Below, in pieces: positions 1 through 12,005 of a stretch of 64,000 bases of DNA. Each line of letters opens with the position of its first letter. The stretch's first letter is position 1. This DNA comes from Schizosaccharomyces osmophilus (lineage: Eukaryota): positions 1,364,001-1,428,000 of the forward strand of contig NC_079238.1 in NCBI RefSeq assembly GCF_027921745.1, written 5' to 3'. Under the pieces are notes generated by a model. It searched no databases. It worked only from the letters and a program-made list of their open reading frames with translations, and was not told the origin of the DNA. The translations under genes and the position numbers were made by a program.

Positions 1-190
1 AAATAGAGAGAGTAAGTAATAGTTAATTGGGTCTGTATCTTTTGGATAAAATGTATGGAATTGATACTTCGTTTTTGGAGTTTGTTTTCAATGGAATCCA
101 TGCTTCACATAATCAGAAGCATTTGGAGTCGAGTTATTCAACAGGGATTATCGTAAATGCTTTTCTTATTCCTCTAGGGAGACGATACTT

Positions 191-217
191 GCTACAAACG
201 CTACAAACGCTACAAAC
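191..217. repeat. Tandem repeat (GCTACAAAC)x3
   Basis: Three exact 9-nt copies read directly. Confidence 0.9.
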
Positions 218-706
218 CAATATATGAAATGACTCGGGGAATCAGCTATTTTCCATTAACTTGTTGCTTGTCTGAAAGCAAAAGAGTTTTAGGAAAAACG
301 TTTATTCATTTAAATTAAAACAATAAAGAATTGGAAGAATTCTTTCTCGTCGTTCTCTATTTTTTTTTTTTCCTTTTTGATCATCTTTGCGTGAAATAGA
401 GTATAAACTACAAGAATTAAAGGGAAACAAAAAAAAAGAAAAATAAATATAATAAACGCGCTCCGTAAAACGAATGAAGCTCATCTTGAAAAGTCTTCAA
501 AAAAGTCTTATTTATGTTTACAGATCCCAAATGACAACAAGTCACAATGTTACCAGTATTTGAAATGACTGAGCATATAGACATTGAAGTCATAGAAACC
601 TTTCCGGAGCCATTACCTCGAAATACAAAAGAAAGCAGCGATCATTTAGCCAGGAAATTTGTCAGTAGAACGCAAGCGAAGCTCACTTTCCCGTGTCAAT
701 CTGCTG

Positions 707-1257
707 ATGCGGTCTCAATTCAAGGACGATTTTTCCTTTGGTATGTCATGGATGTGTAAACAAAGAACCTTTTAGCTTTCCGTTCTAATTGCTTTTTGTT
801 TCACTACTTGATTTGTTCCCATTGGTTCCATTCCTAACGAGTATATTCAGAGAAACGAAAAACCGAGTCTCAAAGGATCCGTGAAAAGTATCCTGATCGA
901 ATTCCTGTACGTTCATTCATTGTACAAGTTGAAAATCTCTACCATTCTTTTTCTCTTTACAATCATGCTAATTTCATTGAGTAGGTAATTTGTGAGAAAG
1001 TCGACAAATCTGATATCGCCGCTATCGACAAAAAGAAGTATCTGGTTCCATCAGATCTTACGGTAGGCCAGTTCGTATATGTTATTAGAAAGCGTATCAA
1101 GCTTTCTCCAGAAAAAGCTATCTTTATTTTCATCGATGAGATTTTACCTCCTACTGCTGCTCTGATGTCCACGATCTACGATGAACACAAGAGCGAAGAT
1201 GGCTTTTTGTACATCACTTACTCTGGAGAAAATACCTTTGGAACTTGCCTCCATTAA
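707..1257 (+). CDS. atg8: Autophagy ubiquitin-like protein Atg8 (exons 707-740, 851-906, 985-1257)
   Basis: Not in the ORF track. Spliced translation [60 protein letters not shown]...[12 protein letters not shown]. Introns are GTATGT..CTAAC..CAG and GTACGT..CTAAT..TAG. Confidence 0.97.
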
Positions 1258-1846
1258 TTTTTGTAATCTTTTCTACCCCCTTTATTCTTACATTTTCCCC
1301 TGTTCTTTTTATCATGATTGAGTAACAAGGCATTTTGCAAAGCAAAAAAAGGAAAAGAATAAAAAAAAAAAAAGAGAAAAGGAAACCCACTTCAGAAATG
1401 CCTTTTTCGTTTTTATGCTGCATATCTTTTACTCGGTTTTTTGTATCTTTTACTGATGAAGCTTATGAAATGATTCATGCCCTGCCTGCGTTGGTTCGCA
1501 TAAACTGATAATTCGACTTTAATGAATTCGCAGTTTCCATGCTTATTCCTTTTTTTTTAATATAATTCTTTACCATACAATATGTATTGGGGTTGTTAAT
1601 GAATGTACCTTTTAATCTCCATGCAAAACACATCTTCTCCGAAATCATCGTTAACATTCGATTGAACCAAACATAATTAAATAGCCATTAAATATCATTA
1701 TCTGAAATCATCTAAATAAAACAAGAAAGCTAATCCTACTTGAATCATGCTATAGGAATTATTATACATATTTGCACATTAATACATATAATATTGCATA
1801 GATATATCTGAAATACCAAAAAGGTTATAAACTCAAAAATATTTTT

Positions 1847-3925
1847 TCACCGGCGCCCTCCTCCGGTGCTTAATAATACAAGTTTTTTCTTTTTCTTGTT
1901 CTTTGAATTTTTGGTATTCGTGCTCATGTTTGCAACCTTGTCCCATTCGACCTTCCAGGCATCCGAATCATCACTTTCATCGGATACATACGAAGCTCCA
2001 GAAATTGCCTGTGTTCCCCATACCGTTTGTACTCTCTGTTTCTCCGCCGCCTTTTGACTAGTATCCACCATATTAGAAGCTTGGGTTTCCTCATTCGAAT
2101 GTGTTGATGAATTGCCCTCACCAGCCGCATTCAGGGAGTCCAAGGTAGGAAAGGCATCAGCCGTACTTTCTTCTTCGACTATTTGACGCCTTATAGGCCG
2201 TTGCATATTAAGTTCTGTATAAATTTGATCCTCAGTAGCTCGCTGTGCTTTTTGTCGATATTTTTCTTCCCGTGTTTCTTGGGCCTTGTGTTGCTTACGA
2301 CGTTTATTGATTTCGGCCCTAAACACCTTCAACGTCTCTTCGGGGACTACTTTGGACCAATCACACTCTATAAAGGCGACTTCACAGCCTTCAGGTAGGT
2401 GTCCCATATATTTGAAGCGTTGCCTAAATTCCGCGTTTACGGAATGTCCTGAAGAAATTCTTTCTACGATAGGTCGCAGTTCATTCGGAAAGCGGGCGTA
2501 CGACCCAAATGCTGTTTTCAGTATTCGAATATCCAATGGTGCTAGGTATACATGTGAATGTGCTGACGGTTGGTAGAATAGATAGGATTCTGTCTCTCCC
2601 GACTCACCAGCACCCTTTCCAAGATCTTCAACATTCGACAGCTGTTTTAATGCGTTATTTTGTAAACTTAGGTTATCAATACTAGCCACAAGCGAGGCTC
2701 TTTCATTTTGATCCAGACTGGAGGATAAAACGGTTGTATGATCAAGAAGCTTTGCAGTAGCTTTTTCGTAATAATCATCTGCCACTCCATACAAATCGAC
2801 ATCTTCAGCGGCTACTTGAGCTAACTGTTCGATTTCGTTGCTATGTTGTTGAAGCATGTACTCATGAGTTCCGATTATAATACGAGCATACGCGGCACCA
2901 TCCATAGAGACGTTGGGTAAATTGTCAGTATGGAATGAACCGTCAACCGCAAGAGATCGAAACGCTCTGGGGAATGCCAAAATTGAACCGACATTTCTTT
3001 GATATAAATGAAGACATACCAACTTTCCTTCTTCTAATTTTTGAAATTCTTCATCCTGTACCCAACGGATAGGGCGAATATCGCGAATCCTAATAACATC
3101 CAAACAAATCGGACACGTTCGAATACCACATCTTGGAACCTTAAAACCGGAATGCTCAGCTGCCTTTACTTCTTCATTCGTAGGTGTTTCCATATACCGA
3201 AGTAAGCAAGGGAAACAAAAAACATGACCACATCGGGACATACGAGCCGCAACCGGCTTTTCACCGAGACAAAAAGGACAAACAGCAACTTGAAAATCAG
3301 AAGAGCACAATACTTGCCAAACATCTTCCCACTTCACAGGAGCGTCTGGATCTAACTTTTGATAAGCATATTCTCCCAAAGGCGAGACAATAAATCGATA
3401 ATTTGCATTCACATAGCGGGCCTTATCCATGGGATGATAGCCTGAGCCATAACCGTAAGTATTATATTGTCTAGTTCGCCTAGGAGCAGACATTGTGCTG
3501 TACGTATTTCTTGGGGCAAATTGGAAATTCAATAAGTGGTTTAAACTTATTTGACCACGACGATTCGTCCTACCAGACAGAATATCAAAAAGATGATCAT
3601 CATCTTCGTTTTGGGCATCTTCTAACGACTCATTAATTGCTTCAGCGACGGCGCTCGTCTTTTTGCTTGGTCGTGTGTTGCTCTTATGTGATTTTCCGCC
3701 TGTAGTAGAAGGTTGATTTTTTCGAGGCATTCTTTGACTGCTCTTGGAAGACCCACGTGAATTCGATCGCTTCATAGTACGAGACTCTGTGTTTTTCCCT
3801 TTATTTGATGCATGCGAAGATGATGCTTGGTTGGGAGAAAAACTGGGAGCATTCACGTTCAGTTTGTTGACGGCTCCCATATTCGCTGTACTTTCTCCCG
3901 TGTCTGATGTTTCTGTGCTCACCAT
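1847..3925 (-). CDS. rnf10: RING E3 ubiquitin ligase, RNF10/Mag2 family
   Basis: ORF of about 692 aa from ATG 3925. RING CPFC...CGHVFCFPC...CPIC, plus 'SLNHLLNF', 'ANYRFIV', 'RFKYMGHLPEG' and C-terminal 'KKKKLVLLSTGGGRR', all typical of RNF10/Mag2. Confidence 0.9.
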   Translation of the reverse strand: MVSTETSDTGESTANMGAVNKLNVNAPSFSPNQASSSHASNKGKNTESRTMKRSNSRGSSKSSQRMPRKNQPSTTGGKSHKSNTRPSKKTSAVAEAINESLEDAQNEDDDHLFDILSGRTNRRGQISLNHLLNFQFAPRNTYSTMSAPRRTRQYNTYGYGSGYHPMDKARYVNANYRFIVSPLGEYAYQKLDPDAPVKWEDVWQVLCSSDFQVAVCPFCLGEKPVAARMSRCGHVFCFPCLLRYMETPTNEEVKAAEHSGFKVPRCGIRTCPICLDVIRIRDIRPIRWVQDEEFQKLEEGKLVCLHLYQRNVGSILAFPRAFRSLAVDGSFHTDNLPNVSMDGAAYARIIIGTHEYMLQQHSNEIEQLAQVAAEDVDLYGVADDYYEKATAKLLDHTTVLSSSLDQNERASLVASIDNLSLQNNALKQLSNVEDLGKGAGESGETESYLFYQPSAHSHVYLAPLDIRILKTAFGSYARFPNELRPIVERISSGHSVNAEFRQRFKYMGHLPEGCEVAFIECDWSKVVPEETLKVFRAEINKRRKQHKAQETREEKYRQKAQRATEDQIYTELNMQRPIRRQIVEEESTADAFPTLDSLNAAGEGNSSTHSNEETQASNMVDTSQKAAEKQRVQTVWGTQAISGASYVSDESDDSDAWKVEWDKVANMSTNTKNSKNKKKKKLVLLSTGGGRR

Positions 3926-4696
3926 CAAAAATAAAAGATTAACAAGCTCAAAAGTTGTTCATTTAAACCACGTTAATCCTTCCAAAACTATTTTTCAGCG
4001 GTTCCCTTCCTAGGGACGTTTGTGTAATGGGTAAATAATAAATGGCCTCCATATCCATGTAAGGTGTTTCATATTGTCGATTCCTCGATACAATAATACT
4101 TGTAATATACGACATTTATGCAGAAAAAGAAAGATTGAATGTAAATAGAACCCAAATACGAATTTAGAGTAAGCCCTTTCATTAATCTATTCAGGCATAG
4201 TGCTAGAACTATTGATTCGTTCCTTCATTCATGAGTTTTTTTAAAGATACAGATCGCACTTACGATCCTTCTTAAATGTCTAAAACTTTAGAAGACCGAA
4301 AAATAATAAAAAAACCACGTTTCAGACTCATAGAAACAGAATTATACTGAATGACTCAGGAGGAGAAGAAAGAGATAAAAACAACTGTTTTTAATACCAT
4401 ATTGCTGCATAGCAGGAAAGTCAGGATCAAAAACACAACACAGATTAAAAGAAAAGTATTTCTTCAGTGTCTTCCTTCACCTCCGCAATGCCTCGAACTG
4501 GATTTATCCATGAAACTTGTTTTTCTTTGAATGTTTACTAATGAAATATGTTCTAGTTCGGTATACAATTGTAACGAATGTTTACGCCGTTTCCTATGTA
4601 GTAATGAATGCCATGTCACTAGACACCAACAGAAGCGTACATTAGCCAAATTGGAACAAAATAAACAAAAGCTTCTGTTTTTAAGGGCTTATTTTC

Positions 4697-6262
4697 ATGC
4701 GAGATTTTAAATCTGCAACCGACACGGCGCCTTTAGAGAATCTTCATCTCAGAAGAGAATTTTGCATTAATTCTGTGGTATGAAAATTTCCTCAATAAGC
4801 TGTATTCTAATGAACTTAGCTACCATGGTATTCTTGTAAGAAAAGCGAGTTTCCTAAGAGAAAGCCACGAAAATTCACTGCTCCGAAGCAGCTGAACAAT
4901 TCGGTTCAGATAAACAAAAGTGTTGGGAATACGAAAGCTATTCCAAGTAAGCCCAAGTCTTGGTCTGCTGTTGTGAAAAAGCATGTTCGAGTGCCTTTTA
5001 CACATGGTGGTCCGACCACTGTAGCTACCCCCAGCACATCAACGGCACCAATGGAGAAGAAGAATGCAAATGCAGCATTTGCTCAACTAATTGATACTTT
5101 TCAGCCCGACTTTCAACCAAAAAGTGTTATTCAGCCTCGTGGGTTTATAAACACAGGTAACATTTGTTTTATGAACTCAATTTTGCAGGCTTTACTCTTT
5201 TGCGTACCTTTCTACAATTTACTCAAGCTTATCAACAAAAGCGTTCCCTATAACTTTGAAAAATCCACACCCTTAATTGAATCTACAACTTTGTTTTCAA
5301 ATGATTTCAAGCAAAAATGGGACAAGGATGAGGAACAAGGTGATTCTATTTTGCCAGAGGTTGTGTACTCTTCCACCAAAGGAAATCCCCGCTTTGATAT
5401 TCTTCAAAGCGGAGAACAAGAGGATGCTGAAGAATTTCTAAATCTGTTTTTAAATGAGCTTCATGAAGAATTTTTGAACGAGTACAAGATCTATCATCAG
5501 AAGAAAGGACACAAGACTGATGGAGAAACTGTCAAGGTTATGAATGGCATAACCGATTCTCTTGAAAGTAATGATGATAATAGTGGATGGACAGAGGTTG
5601 GGAAAAACAAGAAGCCTGTTATCGCAAGATCGGCAACGGTAGAGCGTTCCCCTATAAGTCAGATTTTTGGTGGTCAGTTGCGCTCTACATTGCGTGTTCC
5701 CAACCAAAGAGATTCAGTAACATTAGAACCGTTTCAACCTTTGCAACTTGACATCCAAGCTGATGACATACTCTCTGTTACCGACGCTTTGGATAAGATG
5801 ACGGAGCCCGAAGTCCTGCCTGAATGGCCCTCCTCTAAGGGAACTGTCACTGCTACAAAGCAAATGTACATAGAATCCTTACCTCCTGTGCTAATTTTGC
5901 ACCTGAAACGCTTTTTCTATGATATGGCTGGAGGTACACAGAAAAATTATAAGCCCGTTGCTTACCTGGCGGATTTGACCATTCCTCAAAGTGTTTTTAG
6001 TCCTTCTATCCGCGGAACTGTTCCCACTGAGTACAGTTTGAATGCTGTTGTGTACCATCATGGTATTTCTGCTTCCGGTGGTCATTATACTGTGGACGTT
6101 AAACAGCATGACGGAAGTGGTTGGATTCGTATTGACGATACCCATATTCATAAAATTCAAGTTTCTGATGTTGAGATTCCCAAGGCTGCTGTCGAGACCG
6201 GCAGCTATGGCGGTTCAAATGATAAAGTGGCATACTTATTATTCTATACGCGAAAAAATTAG
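4697..6262 (+). CDS. ubp3: Ubiquitin C-terminal hydrolase Ubp3/USP10 family (exons 4697-4777, 4820-6262)
   Basis: Cys box PRGFINTGNICFMNSILQ, QEDAEEF, His box YHHG..GGHY. A 42-nt intron (GTATGA..CTAAT..TAG) joins a 27-codon first exon in frame, giving about 507 aa. Confidence 0.92.
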
Positions 6263-6299
6263 GGCAATATGGAAAGATAAAGTAACAATCAAAGCACAG

Positions 6300-6356
6300 T
6301 ATATATATGTATATGTATATGTATATATATGTATTTTTTTTTTTTTTTTTTTTTTT
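6300..6356. repeat. (TATATG)n microsatellite followed by a poly-T tract, 3' of ubp3
   Basis: Read directly. Confidence 0.85.
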
Positions 6357-7061
6357 GATTTCTGTGTTAAAGTCTTCAACAAAATTCGTTGTCTGTGTTA
6401 CAAGGTACACTGTAACGAAATATGGGTGAATGATTTTACGAAAGTCCAATTTTGCTTTCGTGAACGGTATAAAAAAGAAGTTATTTATTTTCATTCCTTG
6501 TGCGTATTCTTTCAAAAGCCGCTTGTCCAATTTATATAGGAACGTCCCCTTATCTTTTCAAAGTAAAGCATATGATGAAGTTTTTTTTTTTTCGGGTTCG
6601 CTTTTTTTATTTGGTTGTACAGTAGGGAGATCTGGTATTCGTCGAATTTGTTCTTTACGATTCTTTGTTATGCTGCTATAGGTTAACAGTAATCATTATA
6701 TAATCATTGAAGAATTCTTTCTTCGTCAATCACAATAATCTTGTTTAGATGTTTGGTCATGTACCCTAAGTGTACAGTACAGTACTACAGTCATGAAGAA
6801 GGCATTAGCAAAAAATATGGGGATTTTGAGAAAGTTCAATCCTCTATTTATGTACTTTTTAAGAATTGTTTTTTCTTTTCTTTTCTTTTCTTTATTCTTG
6901 TTTTTTATTTTTTTATTTTCGATATCTATTGTGTTTATATCATATTCCCCCACTGAGTACAAGCAACTAGCTACCTTACAAGTAATTAAGTAACCCATTA
7001 TTTACCTCCATCATTGTTAAGCCTATATCAGAAGGAAAAACACAACCAAAAGCTTTTAACC

Positions 7062-7804
7062 ATGTCTTTGTTCAGTGGATTGGGTATGAAGAAGGGTTTT
7101 ACTTAAAAATTCTAATTAAACCAGGCGATTTGGCCCATTTGGCTGCGATTTTCCTTTTGTTACAAAAAATGAGAAAATCGAGATCGTGTTCAGGAATTTC
7201 ATTAAAATCACACTTGCTCTTTCTTTTAGTATACATTACAAGATATCTGAGTACGTCGAATATACCTAGAAGTGAAGAATAGAAGCTAATCCATTCGCGT
7301 TTTCGCGGACTAGACTTGTTTTGGCGTTTTGGAAACTTTTACTTCTTCTTAATGCGTATAATATTTATCTGTTCTGAATTCTATATCTGTTATTTAATAT
7401 TACAGAATTTACGACCTACATATGACAAACGTCTGGACACTTTTCGTACTGGATACCTATTGGGCGGTTGCGCGATTTTGACTCTCATTTACCCTAGTAA
7501 ATACAACGTTTCTGGTATTTTATGGACATTTAGTATCTGGTTGGAAAGTGTAGCTATCTTGCCTCAGTTGTTTATGCTTCAACGATCCGGTGAAGCCGAA
7601 ACCATAACTGCTCATTACTTGCTTGCCATGTGTCTTTATCGTGGTCTTTACATCCCTCATTGGATATACCGCCTAGCAACTCAAAAGCCCGTCATGGCTG
7701 TCTCGGTGATTGCTGGAATTGCTCAAACGATTCTCTATGCCGACTTTGCTATTGTCTATCGACGCACTGTGTTGCAGGGAAAGAGGTTTCGCTTGCCAGC
7801 ATAG
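7062..7804 (+). CDS. erd2: HDEL/KDEL ER-retention receptor Erd2 (exons 7062-7083, 7125-7250, 7314-7804)
   Basis: Spliced [13 protein letters not shown]...SCSGISLKS...TRYLNLF...[16 protein letters not shown]...YADF; canonical splice signals. Confidence 0.95.
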
Positions 7805-8871
7805 AAGATGTTTCACATTGTTATGAATATGTATGTTGTTATTTCATTAACAATATGAATAGGTGTACGAACCATTTCCAAAGATCAAAAAATAAAGTAT
7901 GAAATTATATGTTACGTTACGATCGAAAACCTTTGTAGATGATCAAATCCCGCATTGAGAATATTGAAATTAATTGATTTCCAAGTCTTTCATTGCAGAA
8001 TAACCCAAAAGCGACATCCAGACTATTTTGCCATATGTACTTCCGATATTCATTCATAAATCATAAACGCCCAGGCTGTAAGTGAGAAGCATACAATGAT
8101 TGCTCCAACACTGAATCCGCAACCCTTCCCTTTCTTGAAAAATGTATAAATTCATTAATAGGCAGAAAGACATGAGAACTTGTAGAGACAAACTTTCATT
8201 ATTCAGCATGCTGTGCATTCATATGACAGGAAACGCAAATTTCAACGACATAGAGAAACTTTCGACAAAGGCATCCTCGATTTAATCCATTTAATATATC
8301 ATGTCTTGGTGTTATCGGGCCAAGAAAACTCGTTCAAGGGTTTAGTCTCTACATCGTAAACACATGCCTACTTCTATTACACTTTGGAAAATATATATAT
8401 TATATGTTATATATTTGCTTACATTCAGATGGTGTGAAAGTTGCTATCCCATCAAGGGAGTGATTTTCACGGTTATGAAAATCAATATCTAGTCAAACTG
8501 ACAACGACAAATGAAAAGAGTAGCTTGAGTTAATTAGCTATATGCTGTACAGATGCTGATATTGTCCAAAGATTTGGCTGACAAGATAGATTGTTGAAAG
8601 GCGAAACAAACGAATATACAGATCCCGTCGGAGCGTAACAAAAAGAAAGGCTAAATATATCGAATAAATTAACACATAAACGTCTGTACCATATACAGAA
8701 ACAGAATAGAATAAAGCCTTGGGAAGAAGCAGATACAAATCAAACGGTATCATATATTTAGTTTATAGTATAAAAATTCAGTTCCATTTAAAGTTCACTA
8801 GTACTAAGTATTCATCATGTCCACAAGAGATAGCATGTATAACGTTAACGCTAGATGAAGAAAATCTTATT

Positions 8872-10980
8872 TCACCGGTCGTTTTTCCCGTCAATTTCGA
8901 AACCTTGCTCGACTACAAGTTCATAGTAACAATTTCCTTTCCTCACAAACTTGCTATGTCACCAGCTTCAGCAATAACGCCGCCGTCGAATCTAAAAATG
9001 CAGTCGGCATGTTGAATGGACGAAAGCGATGAGCAATAGCTACTGTGGTGCGACCCTTAGAAGCTTTGTTCAAGACTTCTTGGACTACACTTTCACTATA
9101 ACTGTCCAAAGCACTCGTTGCCTCATCTAGCAATAATATTTTGGGATTCCGAATTAGCGCGCGAGCAATGGCGATTCTCTGTTTCTGTCCACCGGAAACC
9201 GAACAACCTTTCTGTCCAGAAAGCGTTTCATAACCATTAGGCAAACCCATGATAAAATCATGAATATTTGCCATCTTACAGCATTCCATAACTTCTTCAT
9301 CCGTGACATCTCTCGGAGCACCAAGAACGATATTCTCTCTAATAGTTCCCTGGTATAATGTTGGCTCTTGTGATACAAGAGCTATCTGCTTACGGTAGTC
9401 ATTAATGTTGTATTCACGAATATCGACACCTCCAACTTTTACAGATCCACTTTCGCATCATAAAAGCGTTCAATAACGCAAATCGTTGTTGACGTACGAC
9501 ATCCTAAAATATCCACAAAAGCAACAAATTGACCAGGCTTAACTGTCAAGTTGAGACCACAAAGTATCTGGACATGCTTTCTCGTAGGATACCGAAATTT
9601 TACATCATTATTTTCAAAGGAGGGGGTTTTCAAGTATTCAATTTGCGTCCTTTATCAGATCACGTATCGATTTTTGGTCTTCTATCACACAGATACTTAA
9701 TTAAGCCGGCGCTCAATTTGGCCTTCGAAACGTCAGCGGCATAGCCCAAGAATTGTCCAGCTTGCTGAACACCATAAACGACACCAATATAACAAGTAAA
9801 ATAGTCGACCAGACTATATTCACCTTTACGCACTAAAGTAGCAACATAACAAAAGCCCAACCCATTCACCAAATATGTTACAGCTTGCGATGCAGAAAAC
9901 AACAAAGCAGATATCATAGACGACAAAGCCATCTGCCTACCGGGTTGTACCAATGATGCACAATAATGTTCATATACCTTCGGTTCTCTTGTGAGACTGG
10001 CAACTGTTTTAATAGCTGATGTAGATTCACAAGCAAACGCAGCAGACGATTTGTACGCTTCTGACAATTTATGCTGGATTGGATCTAACGAAGCAACCCT
10101 ATAATAGACAGAAGCAATCATTACAGGAAAAGTGGCTAATATAACCAAAGACTACTTCCATCCAAGAATTTGCGAAAGAACTGAAACTGAAACTACATTT
10201 GTAAGAATTTGCACAAACGTTCCAAGTGTGGATCCGGTCAAGCCCTTCAAGTCCTGAATAGAAGTTGAAAGTGAAGCGGTCAAAGCACCTACGGAAGTCT
10301 CACTGCGGTTAAAGAATCCAGCGTCTTGTCGAATAAGGATATTGAAGAGAAGCCGACGAATGCGTAATTAAATACACCCTGACATATAAGACATATCTAC
10401 CTGACATATGGCATGACCTAAAAATTCCGCAACAGCAACAATTAACCAATAGACACCAAATTTACGAACTTCATGAAAATAGTCCGGGGACGCTACATTT
10501 GCAAAACTGTTCATATACCATGCGCAGTACCACAAACCATGGATGCTAAGATACCGACTATTAGTTATGAATTTCCAAAGCACCATCAACAAAAGAATGA
10601 ATAAAAACAAATGCTTTCAAGGAGCTGATATTGGTAACACTACTCTCAATTTTTGATGCAGCATCTGTATCTGTGCTTTCTTCATCTTAATAGCCCAAGC
10701 TTTTCTTCGGCAAATTAGATATAGAATCAATTGGTAATTGGGCAAGTGGTTTATTACGAAGCGAAGTTGTGCCATTCTCTTTTTCTTTTTCAATAACTAA
10801 AAGGAAAGATATTCTGGGTAAAGAACTGTCGCTTCCATTTCGTGCAGCAGTTATAACAGATCCACCAATATTCTCCGCTCCCGTCTTACTGACAGCATCA
10901 TAAGTTTCTGCACTTCCATCAACTTAGCATAAGCTCCATTTAAGGCCAATAATTCAGTGTGAATTCTCTGTCCAACAATC
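8872..10980 (-). pseudogene. Decayed MDR1/Pmd1-type (ABCB) transporter, C-terminal half only
   Basis: Fragments in order: end of NBD1 (HTELLALNGAYAKL, about 10920-10980), TMD2 (IRQDAGFF, FACESTSAIKTVASLTRE), NBD2 (VKFRYPTR, VSQEPTLYQGT, SGGQKQRIAIARALIRNPKILLLDEATSALD, YYELVVEQG). In-frame stops at 10368, 10152 and 9660, several frameshifts, and Walker A decayed to DILGCRTST. Confidence 0.9.
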
Positions 10981-12005
10981 ATTCTTCGACGAGAAATGAA
11001 GACATGACAATTCATTGTCTGTTCGGCCCTTTTCCAGCAATTCCTGCAATTGTGTACTGTAGGGTATTATATATATAGTATCGTCCATTGATTAAGTTCT
11101 ACCGTCGCTTTGCGATAGCATCGATAGATATATTATAGAAAGATCGAATGTATAGCTAGAAAGTAAACCATCATGTAGGTGCGATACATATTCACGTAAA
11201 TGAGTATAAACCCTCAGTTGATTATTGCATCATCTACAAGTCAAGGTCATTCACTAATCTTGCAAACAAGCCCCAGCGACCTACATTTCAGACATGATTC
11301 TACCACCCACCGTTTTCCACTATTTTGGAGGAATGTCATTATCCATAGTCTGCACTCATAATCCGTCCATGTTCCCAGAGATAATGTTCCTAGATGGGAC
11401 CAAAGAATTAGATGAATGAATGTGGTCAAGATTTACGATTCCAATTTAAATCGTTCCTTCTGTATACAATTCTGAAAACATATTTTGGATCATACGTCAA
11501 CGTTAACATATAACTGGAAATACAAATCCAAAGACGGATTCACCAAAATCGGGTGATTTCGTTACTAATGCTGGTTTAATTTCCCAGTAACACTTAGCCA
11601 TACACGTTGATTAATTGTTCTCTGATGATCCTCTTGTGAAAGACTTTGCTAGACCAAGTAAACTCGTATTCACATTCCGTTGTATATAAGAAAGCCATTA
11701 CAATAAATTATTCTCTCTATCCTTCATAACTGTTAGGAACTTTCCAAACTTGGAAGTCCCCAAGGATTGTCTTATGGTACATAACAACTCCGCTAGAATT
11801 CTCAACCCATGGTGTTGTTAGTCCACCGTCATCATCTAAGGAAATGTAATTAAGGATGTGTAGTGAAGTGCGGTAACTACCAATAAAGACATTCAAGACA
11901 ACTTCTTATATCCTTAAAGAAAAGAGCAGTGCTTAATTTTTTACATTCTACCAAACATAAACATTTGGGGATTGTGTTGTAGAAACGAGTTGTTTATAAT
12001 AAAAA

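Noticed and set aside
6042..6998. Several 65-165 aa ORFs between ubp3 and erd2
   Set aside because: They run through microsatellite and poly-T/A tracts with low-complexity F/K/Y/I translations, consistent with UTR or intergenic DNA.
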